63,917 nt of DNA, filler included, from Octopus bimaculoides (GCF_001194135.2; 6 parts of 5 records of this genome joined end to end with filler, not necessarily neighbours in it), one strand, 5' to 3'; shown: positions 39,791 through 53,588, counted from the whole stretch's first letter. Translations and numbers: made by a program. The notes: generated from the letters alone by a model not told the origin.

Positions 39791-40179
39791 GAAACTTCTG
39801 TCAAACTAACACCATGCACCCCAATTTCTAGCTTTATATGTTTGTTAAAAACAATTACTTTCCTTTATGTTCCAGATATATTTGGATAGTAAATTAGTGT
39901 CTAAATCTATGTATACATACGTTGACGATACTTAAGTATCAAGTGTGATCTTTAAGTCTAGCTCTTTACAAAGCAGTATCTATTGAATGGCTATTCAGGC
40001 TTCACAAAATCATCCATCATTACGGTAAATACAAAATTCTGTGGAGCGGAATCTATTCCGAAGCAAATCTAAAATAAACAATCACACCTATTCACATCTT
40101 CAGCTCCGTCGTAGTTTTCCATGGTTACGTCAACAAATACCTGGTCATTACGTTTAACTCGCAAACGGAATTATCACAC

Positions 40180-40235
<56 letters not shown>

Positions 40236-40604
40236 GTCGGAATCATTAATTGAAATAAAATCTCTACAGAATTCTAAAGCTATTTTAGTAAAGGGATTTT
40301 GTTATAGATGACTTGAATTCTCCTAAAACCAAACTGCATGAATTTACAAAGGGGCTTATTATCTCCATTAGTGAAATCTCCGAGAGAAGCTACACAAATT
40401 TGTTCTACGACGGAAGAGAAGGGACATCTCTTCCGCTAAAAAGAGAAGTAAAAATATTTTTATTGATTATACATAATTCACTTTTAGTTAGATTTATTCT
40501 TTAACGTTTTGCAATTGGTAAGAAAGTTATCGCCATGAGATTTCTGTCTAATCTATGGTTTACGCAATGCCGTTGATTCTAATCTACCGTATATTTTTTA
40601 GATT

Positions 40605-40666
<62 letters not shown>

Positions 40667-42019
40667 NNNNNNNNNNNNNNNNNNNNNNNNNNNNNNNNNN
40701 NNNNNNNNNNNNNNNNNNNNNNNNNNNNNNNNNNNNNNNNNNNNNNNNNNNNNNNNNNNNNNNNNNNNNNNNNNNNNNNNNNNNNNNNNNNNNNNNNNNN
40801 NNNNNNNNNNNNNNNNNNNNNNNNNNNNNNNNNNNNNNNNNNNNNNNNNNNNNNNNNNNNNNNNNNNNNNNNNNNNNNNNNNNNNNNNNNNNNNNNNNNN
40901 NNNNNNNNNNNNNNNNNNNNNNNNNNNNNNNNNNNNNNNNNNNNNNNNNNNNNNNNNNNNNNNNNNNNNNNNNNNNNNNNNNNNNNNNNNNNNNNNNNNN
41001 NNNNNNNNNNNNNNNNNNNNNNNNNNNNNNNNNNNNNNNNNNNNNNNNNNNNNNNNNNNNNNNNNNNNNNNNNNNNNNNNNNNNNNNNNNNNNNNNNNNN
41101 NNNNNNNNNNNNNNNNNNNNNNNNNNNNNNNNNNNNNNNNNNNNNNNNNNNNNNNNNNNNNNNNNNNNNNNNNNNNNNNNNNNNNNNNNNNNNNNNNNNN
41201 GCGCATAAAGGTTCCTGGGTAAATAACGTATGCTGGAGTTAGCTTTCTTGGTGACATTTATGAATGATGTCAGTGATATAAGCGGCCATCGATTAGTTTT
41301 GAACACACTTTTAGTTTGAAGAAGGATGAAAGTGTTTGAAGTTTTAAATTTTGTTCAATCTTTATCAAAAGGATTTTGAAAATTGGATGAATTATTTTAA
41401 AGCATATTTTAAAGCATACATAAAAAGTCAAACAGGAAAAGTACCATAATCTTTGGAAGTAATACTCCACTCATGCCATTGGTTTTAAATCTGAGTTCTT
41501 TTCAATGAGATAATGTCAACTTTCCTGGATATTGTCGGAGTTTTGTTTGGAGCGCATACAAACGGTGGAGATATATTTATAACCTGGCCACTGATAACTT
41601 CCGGTTCATTGTATCTGTTTAAATATTTAATATTTATATATCTAAGGTTAGCGAATGTCGAGATTTTAAGATAATTCTATCAGAAATCGGCGAGAGAGAG
41701 AGAGAAAGAAAGAGAAAGGGAAACAGCGAGAGAAGGAGAAAAAGAGAGAGAGAGGTGATGGTTTGAAAAATATATTACGCCATCATGGAATTTTCTGAAA
41801 ATTCTTGGGAATGGTATCCATATAGTTACAAAAAGTTTCAGAAAAGAATGGTGCGATATAACTAGGGATGGCAGGGTGGATATTTGCTGGGTAGATTCGC
41901 CAAAAGAAGATAACATAGTTTGTAAAGACTGGACATCGTTTAACAAGATCTATGGCATTAGTGCAACGACGTGTGACGTCTCTCGTAGGTATGACTGATT
42001 ACTTATAAAAGAGGCCAGC

Positions 42020-42125
42020 ACAGGCATGACTGGGTGGTTAAGAAGTTTGTTTTGAAATTGCATGGTTCCGGGTTCGAACGCACGCAACGGAATCTTGGGT
42101 GAATGTCTTCTACCGTTGCTTAGGT
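42020..42125 (+). mobile_element. Diverged SINE family B head
   Basis: gtggttaagaag...catggttccgggttcga...gtcttctac. Confidence 0.6.
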
Positions 42126-42202
42126 TCACCTATAATATGTGTTGGTAATTCGCTACGCAAAATATGGGTGGGAGCTATTTTTATGTGTATAATGACGTGT
42201 GC

Positions 42203-42235
<33 letters not shown>

Positions 42236-42461
42236 TGTATGTATGTATGTTTGTTTGTTGCTGCTACTACTGCTGCTACTGGTGTGTAGCTTCCGCCAAT
42301 GGCAGCTCATTAAACGTCAATAAATTTCTATTCTGAACATCATGTCAAATATGATGCAAAGGTATTTCTTGGTGGACATATTTGATGAGTGACTGGGAAT
42401 AAATACGAATACACAAATTCATATGTATATATATGTATATACATATATATATATATATGTA

Positions 42462-42502
<41 letters not shown>

Positions 42503-42744
42503 NNNNNNNNNNNNNNNNNNNNNNNNNNNNNNNNNNNNNNNNNNNNTTAATTAATTAANNNNNNNNNNNNNNNNNNNNNNNNNNNNNNNNNNNNNNNNNN
42601 NNTATATATATATATACATGTATATTTATATATATAAGTATATATATATATATAAATTTATATATATATATACATGTATATTTATATATATAAGTATATA
42701 TATATATATAAATTTATATATATATATTTATACATTTCTATCTA

Positions 42745-42799
<55 letters not shown>

Positions 42800-42828
42800 C
42801 TTTCTCTCTCTCTATATGTATATATACA

Positions 42829-43025
42829 GTTGAAATTTATAGAAAAACAAAAGACTAAGACAGGTGTATGAATAAAAATCAAGTGTATTAGTGTGACGCT
42901 CGAGAAAATGAAAAAGTTGTGAACACTTCGAGCCTACGCTCTTCAGCAAAAAGAAATGAGAAAAAATAAACAGAGAGAATGAAGAAAAAAAAAACTTGTA
43001 GATTTCAGTAGTCCATCATGGCGAA
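42829..43025 (-). mobile_element. Short copy of the 27-213 Penelope-like element with a degenerate hammerhead-like motif
   Basis: gtgtattagt..acgctcg..ttcgagcctacgctcttc..tccatcatgg. Minus strand reads TTGCTGA-A-GAGC(GTAG)GCTC-GAAG. Confidence 0.65.
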
Positions 43026-43070
43026 GAAACACACACATACACACACAGACACACAGACACAGACACACAC

Positions 43071-43102
<32 letters not shown>

Positions 43103-43137
43103 CCATATTTATATATTTATACAAATGTATTTATGTA

Positions 43138-43182
<45 letters not shown>

Positions 43183-43354
43183 TTGTATAAATTTATTTAT
43201 ACACATTGAAATGGATATTGCCTGAACTAATATTCTGAAAAGAATACAGTATACATAGATTACAAAAATAAGTAACAGTATAATAGAATTGCATACTTAT
43301 GTATTCTCCAGCATGGTAATACTTTGTTAGAGAGGTTTCTTTTGTCGTTCTCAG

Positions 43355-43425
43355 TCAGAGAATCTGTACACAAGGAAACATTCAGTGAAAGATACACATA
43401 TTTAAATAAACTTACACACAAGGAA
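43355..43425 (+). CDS. Candidate non-helical exon just upstream of the collagen helix
   Basis: Acceptor tttcttttgtcgttctcag, donor GAA|gtaaat, open frame (x)RESVHKETFSERYTYLNKLTHKE ending in phase 0, compatible with exon 43571. No homology recognised. Confidence 0.3.
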
Positions 43426-43570
43426 GTAAATCTACCTCATGTCAATTAGAAATGTTTTAAATAAAGTATAACGTCCAAGAAAACGTCATATTACACTGTT
43501 TCTTGCTTATTTGATTGCAATATATTGGAATCACTTAATATATTCTTTCTTTCTTTCGTTTGAAATAAAG

Positions 43571-43615
43571 GGATTAGCCGGTGTTCCTGGAGCTACTGGA
43601 GCCACTGGAGAAGTG
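43571..43615 (+). CDS. Collagen exon (45 bp): GLAGVPGATGATGEV
   Basis: Five Gly-X-Y triplets, pyrimidine tract + aaag| acceptor, |gtaagt donor, phase 0-0. Confidence 0.9.
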
Positions 43616-45238
43616 GTAAGTAGAAGATACCACACTTTATCGACATTACAGGTTTAATGACGCGCATGCACGTTTTAACACTTTAAATGACAGCACTTTT
43701 AGAACATTCCATTTAATACCTCTAAGTAATGACTGGGGATCTTAGATACAGTAGCCCTCAAATCATACCATACCGTCTTAATTAACGACTGACACATTGA
43801 AATAATGCATTTGTAAATGTGATAAATTTGAAAATCAAAAGGGATAGTTGCTGCTTAAGTGACATTGATTATCGATCAGCTGAATCTTTAGTAAAAACTG
43901 CTCCGCAATTAACATCGACAATGACACCATAATGTGACAGAGTTAAGTACAGAACGTCTGTTAAGTCGAAATTGCAGCTATATTTTTTCAAATTCTTAAT
44001 AAAGAAAGAGACCATTTGAAATTGTTTCCCAAGATGTGTTATAGCTTGTAAAAGTAAACAATAAATTGTCTTTTGTTGCCAAGAAGCTCAATGAGAGAAA
44101 AACGAAAAACAAGTTATGAAACAAGTCGTTAGTTACACCTATGAGAAGACATTATGTTTCCTTCTACTTCAACAAAGTCATTTGCACTTCGGAAAACTTT
44201 ACGCACCAACGAGTGAAGCTCTACATTGACGGCACAACACGTTCTTTTAATAAAATTCAGTTTCCATTTGATGAAGTAAAATGTGAAATGATTAATTTAG
44301 ACAGAAATTAGACTCTCGGAATTCAGTAAGACTTTAGGAATTATCCGTTTGGCATTATTTATGTCATTGATTATTGAGATGTTATTCTGATCAGTTTATT
44401 TGTAAAGTATATCCGTACAAACATTTGATTTAGAAATATGATTTCTTATTAGACCTTTAGAAAATCAACAATGTAAGTCGGCATTAACAAAAAATAAAAG
44501 CCTTAATGTGCATGACGAAAATATGAAGCTTATACAATACAAGATTTTCATTCCCGGACTGGATAGTATTCATAAATCATCCACGCCTTTAAACTAGGAA
44601 CACCTGCCAACATTTTATAAATGCTCTTTTATAAATGTTATTACTGCTAGAAAGCGCAGCCAAATACCCTTACACCTAACTTAAAATAGGAAGAACATTT
44701 TCCAGTTGGAAAATCTATGACAATATCTCATTACCGATCCAGGATTATACAAACACAATAACAAAATAACACCAGAAAAGTAACATAGCACTTTTTAAGT
44801 TACTGGTGTTAGCTATATTGATGTGGAATCTATATACATACAAAATGAGTGCATTTTACACCAAAAGTGAGCATGAGAGTTTCCCTCATGGTAACTACCG
44901 TAGTATAGTTCGTTCTTACAGAAAATCCATATTTGAGTGGTATTAATTCTGTCTCTCGGTATTAATATTGCTCTGCCGTTCAGAGATATTTTTTAACAAC
45001 CTCACTGGCTTATCGCGACACCAGCGCCTGTTCTGGCACTGGTATTCTATATATCGCTGGCGGAGATGAATCAGGGCTATCTCAAGCGAACGAGTGTCCG
45101 TCATTGACGAGACCAAGGAAAGTCGAAATCACGTGTCCTGGTATCGGCGCTGGAGGTAGCGGGGATTTATCTCCCCGCTAGCAATGTAAATATGTAAGAA
45201 TATTTATGTATGTATATATGTTTGTATATGTCGTATAA

Positions 45239-45400
<162 letters not shown>

Positions 45401-45806
45401 TAATATTTCGTCCGCTTAGTTCAAATGTTACCAATCATTTTCCATTGTTTCAACCTCTTTTCTGAAGGAAATATGCAAAAATAAATAAAAATAGACTTTT
45501 ATTTAATACGAAATCAGTGATTTCTTTCTTGTATACGCCCGCAACTATGTGTTGCGCATAAGATATATGTGAGTTTATACATATGTATGTACATATATAC
45601 GGATGTATATGTACGTGTATATGTACACATGCACAAACACACACACACACGCACGCACAAAATACATACAACTACAAATACGCAACATCGTTATTTGAGG
45701 ATTCATGTATATGTAAGAAATCAATAATATATATATGTAATTGTGTGTGTGTGTTTCACTTTGTGTACGTATGTATTGCTAACTTTTTCACTTTCTTTCT
45801 ATTAAG

Positions 45807-45851
45807 GGTCTTCTTGGAGAACCTGGACGACATGGCCGCGACGGAATACCA
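45807..45851 (+). CDS. Collagen exon (45 bp): GLLGEPGRHGRDGIP
   Basis: Five triplets, ctttctttctattaag| acceptor, |gtaagg donor. Confidence 0.92.
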
Positions 45852-45949
45852 GTAAGGGACTATTATTCATTATTGTTATCTTCATTGCCATTGTTATTGC
45901 ACCGTGCATATAAGTATAAATACGAACACATATAAATATTAATTCATGC

Positions 45950-46019
<70 letters not shown>

Positions 46020-46309
46020 CCATATACACACATACACACACCTGAAGAAAGTTTTTTCTTATTTTGGAAATTATCAATTATATACAAAATTCTTTAAAAA
46101 CATTTGGAAACAAAACAGAGCAGCACAAATCTTTTGGAAATATTCTTTCGCTGTTTATAGCTTTTCAAACATACATATTATGGAGCAATTTGTAAAAAAG
46201 CAAAATGTTTTTAGTAGCGGTGTTGATTATTTCCGGTTTAGTTTCAGATTTAGAAATCTTATATATTTTCCACACTTTTAGCCTCTCATAGACAATCATT
46301 TTCCCCCTT

Positions 46310-47720
46310 TAAGTCGTTTGATGTTCACTATCTAAGAAATGAATCTTTGGTTTGTTGCTTTAAATATTCTCACCCCATGTATTAATTTTGATTCTGTATC
46401 GAGAGATTCCTAAACGAATTGATATTAGAAAGATCTTCATTTGTGCTGGAAAACAATTACTTCTTCTTTGAAAACCAATATTATCTTTAACTAAAAAGCT
46501 TGACAATGGGAGCGACAGTTGCACCCACGTTTGCATTACTATTAATGGGATTTCTAGAAGAAAATATCTATGCAGTTCTGAGATCAATATTTTCAAGCCT
46601 ATTTGAAATAAAACGAAAAAAATTCCTGGATGACTGCTTCGAATTTTGAAAGAGAAGTAATGATTTTACAACAGGAGTCGGTGAACCGAGGTAAATTACC
46701 CCACTTGGGGTAAAAATGAAGTTCTTGTGGTTAATGAGGACTTATTAGACATAAGTAAAATTATATAAAAAACGTGTTCCTTGTTACGACAGGAAATTTT
46801 CTGTTGGCGACACTGCATCTATCCAATGTAATGGACGTGTAAATAGATTCATATAAATAGATTCAATAAACCTTTTGAAATCAAAAAATCTATGATTTTC
46901 TTCCTTTCAAATCAAGGGGATAACGTCGGCGTGAATAAATATATTTTGGGGTGATTGATTAGAAAGTTCTCCGACTCATGCCTTACAGGATATCTTAAAT
47001 CAATAAACAGCATTCATGGATTGATCCAGTTCACTATGGACATTATGGAAATGAGCGAAAAGAAACTTCTGTTGGACGTTCTCAGTTTCAGTCATACAGA
47101 CAAACCTTCAAAATGGGGGTGAAGACAAAAACAGAGACAAATATTCTTTATTTCCAGGATCCTGGAAACCATAAAATCTTACGGCCAAACAATGCATTCC
47201 GGTCCTACACCAAACATCGAATCTCAGAAACAATAAAAGAATTGCTAATTATCAACAACATAAGATAGCCACCGAGTCTAAAATGACCCTTAAAAAAAGT
47301 AAAATTTATGTTAGAAGAAATAATGTTGGTAACAAAATGTGGAGACTTCCGTTGTGGGATGAGCGAATTAATAGAACAGAGTAAATCCCAAAATTCAAGC
47401 ACGGAAAGAATTGATGGTTAATGCAAACATGAATTGCAAACCAAACATTCATTTACAGCATCATATGCCCACAATACAATGAGAATTATGTCAGACAAAC
47501 AGGATCAAAATTAATACACTGAGTATATAAACAACAAATCAAAGATTCAGCTCCCAGAAATATTCCATATAGTGAGCATTTAGACATTTGTGCAAATGGA
47601 AAATTCAAATTATTCCATTTTTTTTTCAAAATAAAGAAAGAAAATGATCAACTAGGGAAGGGAAAAGAAGAATATAAGAATTCTAAATCTTAAACTAAAA
47701 CCGAAATACTCAACACCGAT
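46310..47720 (+). mobile_element. Decayed Penelope-like element (RT + GIY-YIG endonuclease) in a collagen intron
   Basis: 46443-46650: VLENNYFFFENQYYL*LKSLTMGATVAPTFALLLMGFLEE...KFLDDCF. About 47005: INSIHGLIQFTM..LLDV. About 47448: FIYSIICPQYNENYVRQTGSKL...KQQIKD..RNIPYSEHLDICANGKF. Confidence 0.85.
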
Positions 47721-47819
47721 ACTAAAAACAAATACCACTATACAGATTATTCCATAACACTTGTTCTTGAAAATCTGAAAGCAACGGAAGCGCTTACGCT
47801 ATACGAAATCTTGTTTCCA

Positions 47820-48190
47820 AACGATTTGTGTAGTTCTGTTGAATTCAAATCTCACCGAGGTCAACTTTGCCTTTCAATCTTTCCGGATTTAGGAAATAGA
47901 GTACCTGTTACAGTACTGTAGTTGATATAACTACCTATTGCCTTTTCCGCCAAATTTCAGGCCTTGTACATATCGTTAATGGATCTAACAGATTGGCAAA
48001 ATCGTTAGAAAGTCGGTAAAGTTGTCATACGTTACTAATTCCGGCTCTTTTGGTTTTGGACTCAAATCCTAGCGAGATGAACTTTATCTTTTTAACCTTT
48101 CAAAGTCGATAAAATAAAGAATCTGGCAAGTATTGGCGTTCATGGTTTCAACTAATTCCCTCACACAAAATATGTGCCTTTGCTAGAAAA
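47820..48190 (+). mobile_element. Two diverged SINE family A copies in tandem
   Basis: aattcaaatctcaccgaggtcaactttgcctttc and ttggcaaaatcgttag...actcaaatcctagcgagatgaacttt. Confidence 0.7.
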
Positions 48191-49060
48191 TTGATAAGTA
48201 TATTGGGAGGGTATTTACATTTAAATCACGCCAAGTCAGCCATTTCGTTACATTTTCTCCGGGGCTGAGAAAATAAAGCAGTCAAGTACGTTAATCAAAT
48301 ATATGAATCCCATCTCAAAGTTGTTGTAGCTATGTAACACTATTTACAACTTTTGCTTATGGTGAAAGAAGGGTATAACTGGTAGATTTAGGACAATATC
48401 GGACATAAAGTCTTGGTTTATTTTCATTGCCATGCTTTGAATTCTAATTTCAAAATTATTAGTTCAATGTAGTCAAGAACCACTTTTTAAGTTAGGAATA
48501 TTCAAGATCTGTGAAGTGTCAAAGAAAAAAGGTACACTACCGATCTAAATGAACTGCAGTATTGAGATATTCTTCATTTCATTGCCTTGTATTCAAAACC
48601 TTCTTAAATCCATAGTTTTCTAAAGAAATTTTATTGTGGTCAACTATGCGCTTTTATTCTCCGAACACAGTTTCAAAAGTACCAGTCGATACCAGTCAAC
48701 TTCTGGAGTCGATTAGAAAATGAATTATGTTACCGCTATCCCGTCACTCACATCAATTCCTAGCCTTGTGCCAAAATTAATTCGTTCTCTAAATTCCATT
48801 TTGCATCAAATTTATACGAATCTTTCCAGAAATAACAACCGAATTTCATTAAATCACACCCTTCTTGAGCTTGTGTCAAAATTTGAAACTCATTAAATCA
48901 CACTTTAAAAATAAAGAGAATGTTGGCAAATGTAGCTTAGATATAGATGAAGACGGATCATAGTTTTGCATGGTATAAATAGCAGCAATAATACAACAAC
49001 GAAACAGAACAACATATTAATACTTTTTCTCCAGTTCTCTACTTTTTTCTTTGTAATTAG

Positions 49061-49123
49061 GGAGAGGATGGTGAGCCTGGACCTCAAGGACCTATTGGAG
49101 ACCCCGGATGCAAAGGAGCGAAG
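49061..49123 (+). CDS. Collagen exon (63 bp): GEDGEPGPQGPIGDPGCKGAK
   Basis: Seven triplets, long pyrimidine tract + attag| acceptor, |gtaagc donor, phase 0-0. Confidence 0.93.
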
Positions 49124-49568
49124 GTAAGCTTTAACACGTTTTTCAATCATCAAATATATTAATTTCTAAGTTTAGTTTCTTCCAACCTCCATTTCCTGTT
49201 ACTAATTTTGTTGTTAGAAGCTTACTTATCATCCTTCATTGTCTCGTAGACAAAAGACACTTGTAATAAGATATGACAGTGTAAAAATTAAAAAATTTAA
49301 ATAGGCTCGCCTAAATCTCATAAACAGGGAAACAAAAATTAAACCTGATCCATTTTGATCACTTGTGACGAAAAGTACAGTCACTTGGATAAAGAAATAT
49401 TGTCATGGTACAAGAGTTCGAAAATGAAAATATGTAAACATGGGTGATGTGAAGAAAAATCAGCGCACCAGGTATATTGAAAGCAAACAAAATAAATGCA
49501 AACATTAGCGTTATACATCTTACAATGCTTTGATCAGAAGTAAAACGCGACCCAGCAGAAAACTGTAT

Positions 49569-49629
49569 ATCATCATCATCACATCATCATCATCGTTTAA
49601 CGTCCGCCTTCCATGCTAGCATGGGTTGG
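49569..49629 (-). mobile_element. RTE-like LINE/SINE 3' terminus with (GAT)n tail
   Basis: catcatcatcgtttaacgtccgccttccatgctagcatgggttgg resembles RTE-type 3' ends (from memory); runs into a gap. Confidence 0.5.
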
Positions 49630-49729
49630 NNNNNNNNNNNNNNNNNNNNNNNNNNNNNNNNNNNNNNNNNNNNTTAATTAATTAANNNNNNNNNNNNNNN
49701 NNNNNNNNNNNNNNNNNNNNNNNNNNNNN

Positions 49730-49965
49730 GAAGAAGAAGAAGAAGAAGAAGAAGAAGAAGAAGAAGAAGAAGAAGAAGAAGAAGAAGAAGAAGAAGAAGA
49801 AGAAGAAGAAGGCGGAGGAAGAGGAGGAGGAGAAGAAGAAGAAGAAGAAGAAGAAGAAGAAGAAGAAGAAGAAGAAGAAGAAGAAGAAGAAGAAGAAAGA
49901 GAGGAAGAAAAAGAAGAAAAAGAAGGAGGAGGAGGAAAAGAAGAAGAAGAAGAAGATGAAGAAGA
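49730..49965. repeat. (GAA)n compound microsatellite
   Basis: Direct observation. Confidence 0.95.
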
Positions 49966-50559
49966 ATTCTCCTAACACAAGCCCAAGTACACTCGACAAC
50001 ACTGAAGCCCTCAGTAAAAAGATGCGGAAGGCCTAACTGTGGTATATGAGTGAACCTAATTGAGGGATCGGAATTCTCTTTCAAGCAGGGTCAATGTTTT
50101 ACAGTGAAAAACAACTTCACATATGCTTCGGAAAACCTAATATATGTATATAAAGGATGAAATTGTAATTCTACGAATCTCAGTAAATGCATTTGGGATT
50201 TGAAAGACAGGAACGTTAGTAATGATTTGAAGTGGTCCATTGAAAGTTATGCTCCGCCGTGCAGTACTGGTAATTTTAAACGTGATCTTTGCATTGAGGA
50301 AATGTATTATATATTTACTTCAAAATTAAAATTATTAAATACGTTAACCAATTTTACGTTGAAATGTTCCCAAAAGTATAGAAAGAACATTCAAATATTT
50401 CAATAGTAAATAACACTTTCATTATAATTGCTTTTCGTGTAATTTAATAAAAGTAATTATTTTAGCTTTTGTTTTTAAGTTTATTTATAACATACTTAAA
50501 TAGAGAGATAGCTAAATGTACTGAGGTAGCCTTTCTATGTTTATATTTGTTATTCTTTC

Positions 50560-51385
50560 ATGGACCATTGACTCCATCGTAAGTCTAAATACTCTGCTTG
50601 GCATATAATATTTCTTCTTAGCGCTCTCTTAGTCCGCGTTCATGCATTAAAGACATTCTATTAGTTCTCTTCGAAACCGAGCTCTTATGGTTTAACTTGA
50701 TAATATTGTGTTCGCATTCATTTCGGATATATTGAATCGCTCCGAGAGGGATCGATTTATATTTTGCTGCTCTTCCTATATCTAAACATGCTGACACAAT
50801 AGAAACGATCATTTGCTCTGTATGATGTAATCCTCAAATACAGAGGCACTCAACTTTCTATTACTGTCTCCTTGGAGAAAGCTCCGTTGGTTGCTACAGT
50901 CTGGCTTCTGGCTTCTAGGAAGTCATGCAACTACTTTCCGAGTTTCCCGGTTATGCCAAGTCTCCGTAGTTTGTGACATATCATCCCATGGTCAACCTTA
51001 TCAAAGGCTTTTGCAAAGTCGAGATTCATCACATCCACGTTTGAGCGATTCATTAATTGCTTCAACACCCAGTCATAGTGCTGCAAAAGTTGGGTAAGGC
51101 GAAAGCCATGATGGGTGCCATGAAGCAAATCATTATCTTCAAGGAACGCAATAAGTTTCTTCCTGACGTGGGAGGTTAGAGAGGCAGGACAAAAAGTTTT
51201 AGCATCTGCTCTGCTACCTCCCTTATGGATAGGACATACTATGCCTTCCTTTAACATTTTGAGAAGTCTCCCTGTTGTGAGGAAACTCTGGAAGAGAATC
51301 AGAGGTGATCTTGTAAGAACGCCTTCGCATTTTTTTAGGAGGATTGCTTGGAATCCATCAGGGCCTGTGGCTGAGTTTGAGCCCA
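50560..51385 (-). mobile_element. Decayed CR1/L2(Jockey-group) LINE RT
   Basis: SATGPDGFQAILLKKC...CPIHKGGSR...HHGFR...VDVMNLDFAKAFDKVDHGMICHKLRRLGITGKLG. Confidence 0.9.
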
Positions 51386-52056
51386 TATATATANNNNNNN
51401 NNNNNNNNNNNNNNNNNNNNNNNNNNNNNNNNNNNNNNNNNNNNNNNNNNNNNNNNNNNNNNNNNNNNNNNNNNNNNNNNNNNNNNNNNNNNNNNNNNNN
51501 NNNNNNNNNNNNNNNNNNNNNNNNNNNNNNNNNNNNNNNNNNNNNNNNNNNNNNNNNNNNNNNNNNNNNNNNNNNNNNNNNNNNNNNNNNNNNNNNNNNN
51601 NNNNNNNNNNNNNNNNNNNNNNNNNNNNNNNNNNNNNNNNNNNNNNNNNNNNNNNNNNNNNNNNNNNNNNNNNNNNNNNNNNNNNNNNNNNNNNNNNNNN
51701 NNNNNNNNNNNNNNNNNNNNNNNNNNNNNNNNNNNNNNNNNNNNNNNNNNNNNNNNNNNNNNNNNNNNNNNNNNNNNNNNNNNNNNNNNNNNNNNNNNNN
51801 NNNNNNNNNNNNNNNNNNNNNNNNNNNNNNNNNNNNNNNNNNNNNNNNNNNNNNNNNNNNNNNNNNNNNNNNNNNNNNNNNNNNNNNNNNNNNNNNNNNN
51901 NCCCGTCTCCGACGGATATTTACCCAATTTTCTAGACTATTTTGAAAGCTATGGGACATTCGAAATTTTCTTTATTTTCTATAAAATATTACCCCACTCG
52001 ACGCTTCTAGTTTTGTTTACAAAAACTGTTCTCACATTTCAAATACACACATACAT

Positions 52057-52094
<38 letters not shown>

Positions 52095-52297
52095 ATATAT
52101 ATATTTATATATACCACTGCACTAAACTCTTGGCCTTTTATTCACTTCTTCACTGTAACTTCTACCGATTATCAATAAGAGAAAATGTATTCAGACTCAG
52201 GTTTTGAATTACATCACCAAAGCCATATACTTATATATGTGCACGCGCGCGTGTGTGTGTGTTTATATATTATATATTTATATATATATGTGTGTAC

Positions 52298-53430
52298 ATT
52301 AAGGTGGCCCTTAGCAATAGGTAATTTTTCGAAAGTTACAATTTTGCTGCTCCCACCCCGTAATCTTGTTCCAATAAACAACGGGGTGTGCTAAATCTCA
52401 GCTTAATCGGACAACTTCTAGGCGCCCCTCAAACGCCTTGAAGCCGGAACATTGTATACGCAACGATTAATTCTGTACAAAAGTGGTTGTTCCCTCTCTC
52501 GACCATTTTTTCTTTTCTTCTTAGAGAAATCTATGTGGACACATCCAGGCAACGCCAACAGATGTTTGAAAACCTTCTGAATCAAATTTACCAAGAGCTA
52601 ATTTGAAAAATTCTTGAAATAAGATGAAAACCTTAAGAAATATTAGGTTTTCTTAATAAAGCACACAACTTCTATAAGAGAAACGCATTTTTATTTACAA
52701 CAATAGTTTTAATAGAACGAAAAGCATAAAGTGAACGCTGAACACTGAATATTGGGCATTATTTATGCATAAGAGAGGATTTAGTGGCTGTTGAGTATGT
52801 TTTATGGTTTTCGGTAACGATCTGTGAAACAAATTGTTTCTCAGTTTCATCATTTGTGAGAATGTTATTGTAATGACACCTCCTTCTGCAACATCATTCA
52901 CAACAACTGTCTTCACGAGTTTTTCAAGTCCACTTTTGTAACTAGGATCATTCTTTCATGTTGAAGGGTCTTTGTCGAGGAAATCGGTGTTGATAGAAAA
53001 TCTCGTGAAGAAAGTTTTTCTACCAGGAGTTATAAAAGACGAAGACTCCATGTTTGTATAGGAAGAAAAGTCATTTTGATGCAGAATCTACCTCTTCAGT
53101 TGATTTTTTTCTTCTTCCTTTTCTTCATCTTTGTCTGCTTCCAGCATAACTTGAGCAATATTTGCCTTCACCTCTTTTGGAACATTGTCATCAATTATGG
53201 ATAGAGCCACAGTTTTTGGAGCTAAGTACCAGAGTTGAATGGAAATTTCTTTCGCAGCAGCCTTGCTGATTTCTGGATCAATATCCTAATAATTTGTCAC
53301 TTGACGTATGAATAGGGAATCATGATAAAATGCTTCTCCCTTCTCAGTCAATAGATAACTGTTTTGCCCGTGGCTAAGAGTTATTTTGGCTCTTATTTCT
53401 AGCAATGCTGGTAATGGTTTTCACCATTAA
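52298..53430 (-). mobile_element. Decayed DNA transposon (hATm-like / Cc8K15.2-like transposase C-terminus plus terminus)
   Basis: DPEISKAAAKEISIQLWYLAPKTVALSIIDDNV and DFLDKDPST*KNDPSY...VVVNDVAEGGV match the HLWYL..V.L..FD / FL..DP..W / VVND.AERGV pattern. Candidate terminus ttaaggtggccctta at 52298. Confidence 0.65.
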
Positions 53431-53451
53431 TCACTTTAGTGATGATTGTAC

Positions 53452-53536
53452 TTTATATATATATATATGTATATATATATATGTGTGTGTGTGTATATGT
53501 ATATGAGTATATATGTATATGTGTATACATACATAC

Positions 53537-53588
<52 letters not shown>

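Noticed and set aside
39540-39809. 89-aa plus-strand ORF
   Set aside because: Antisense shadow of the decayed Tx1/L1 RT fragment.
47770-47820. Possible hammerhead after the Penelope endonuclease (ctgaaagc...gcgcttacgct...gaaatc)
   Set aside because: Core too degenerate to support.
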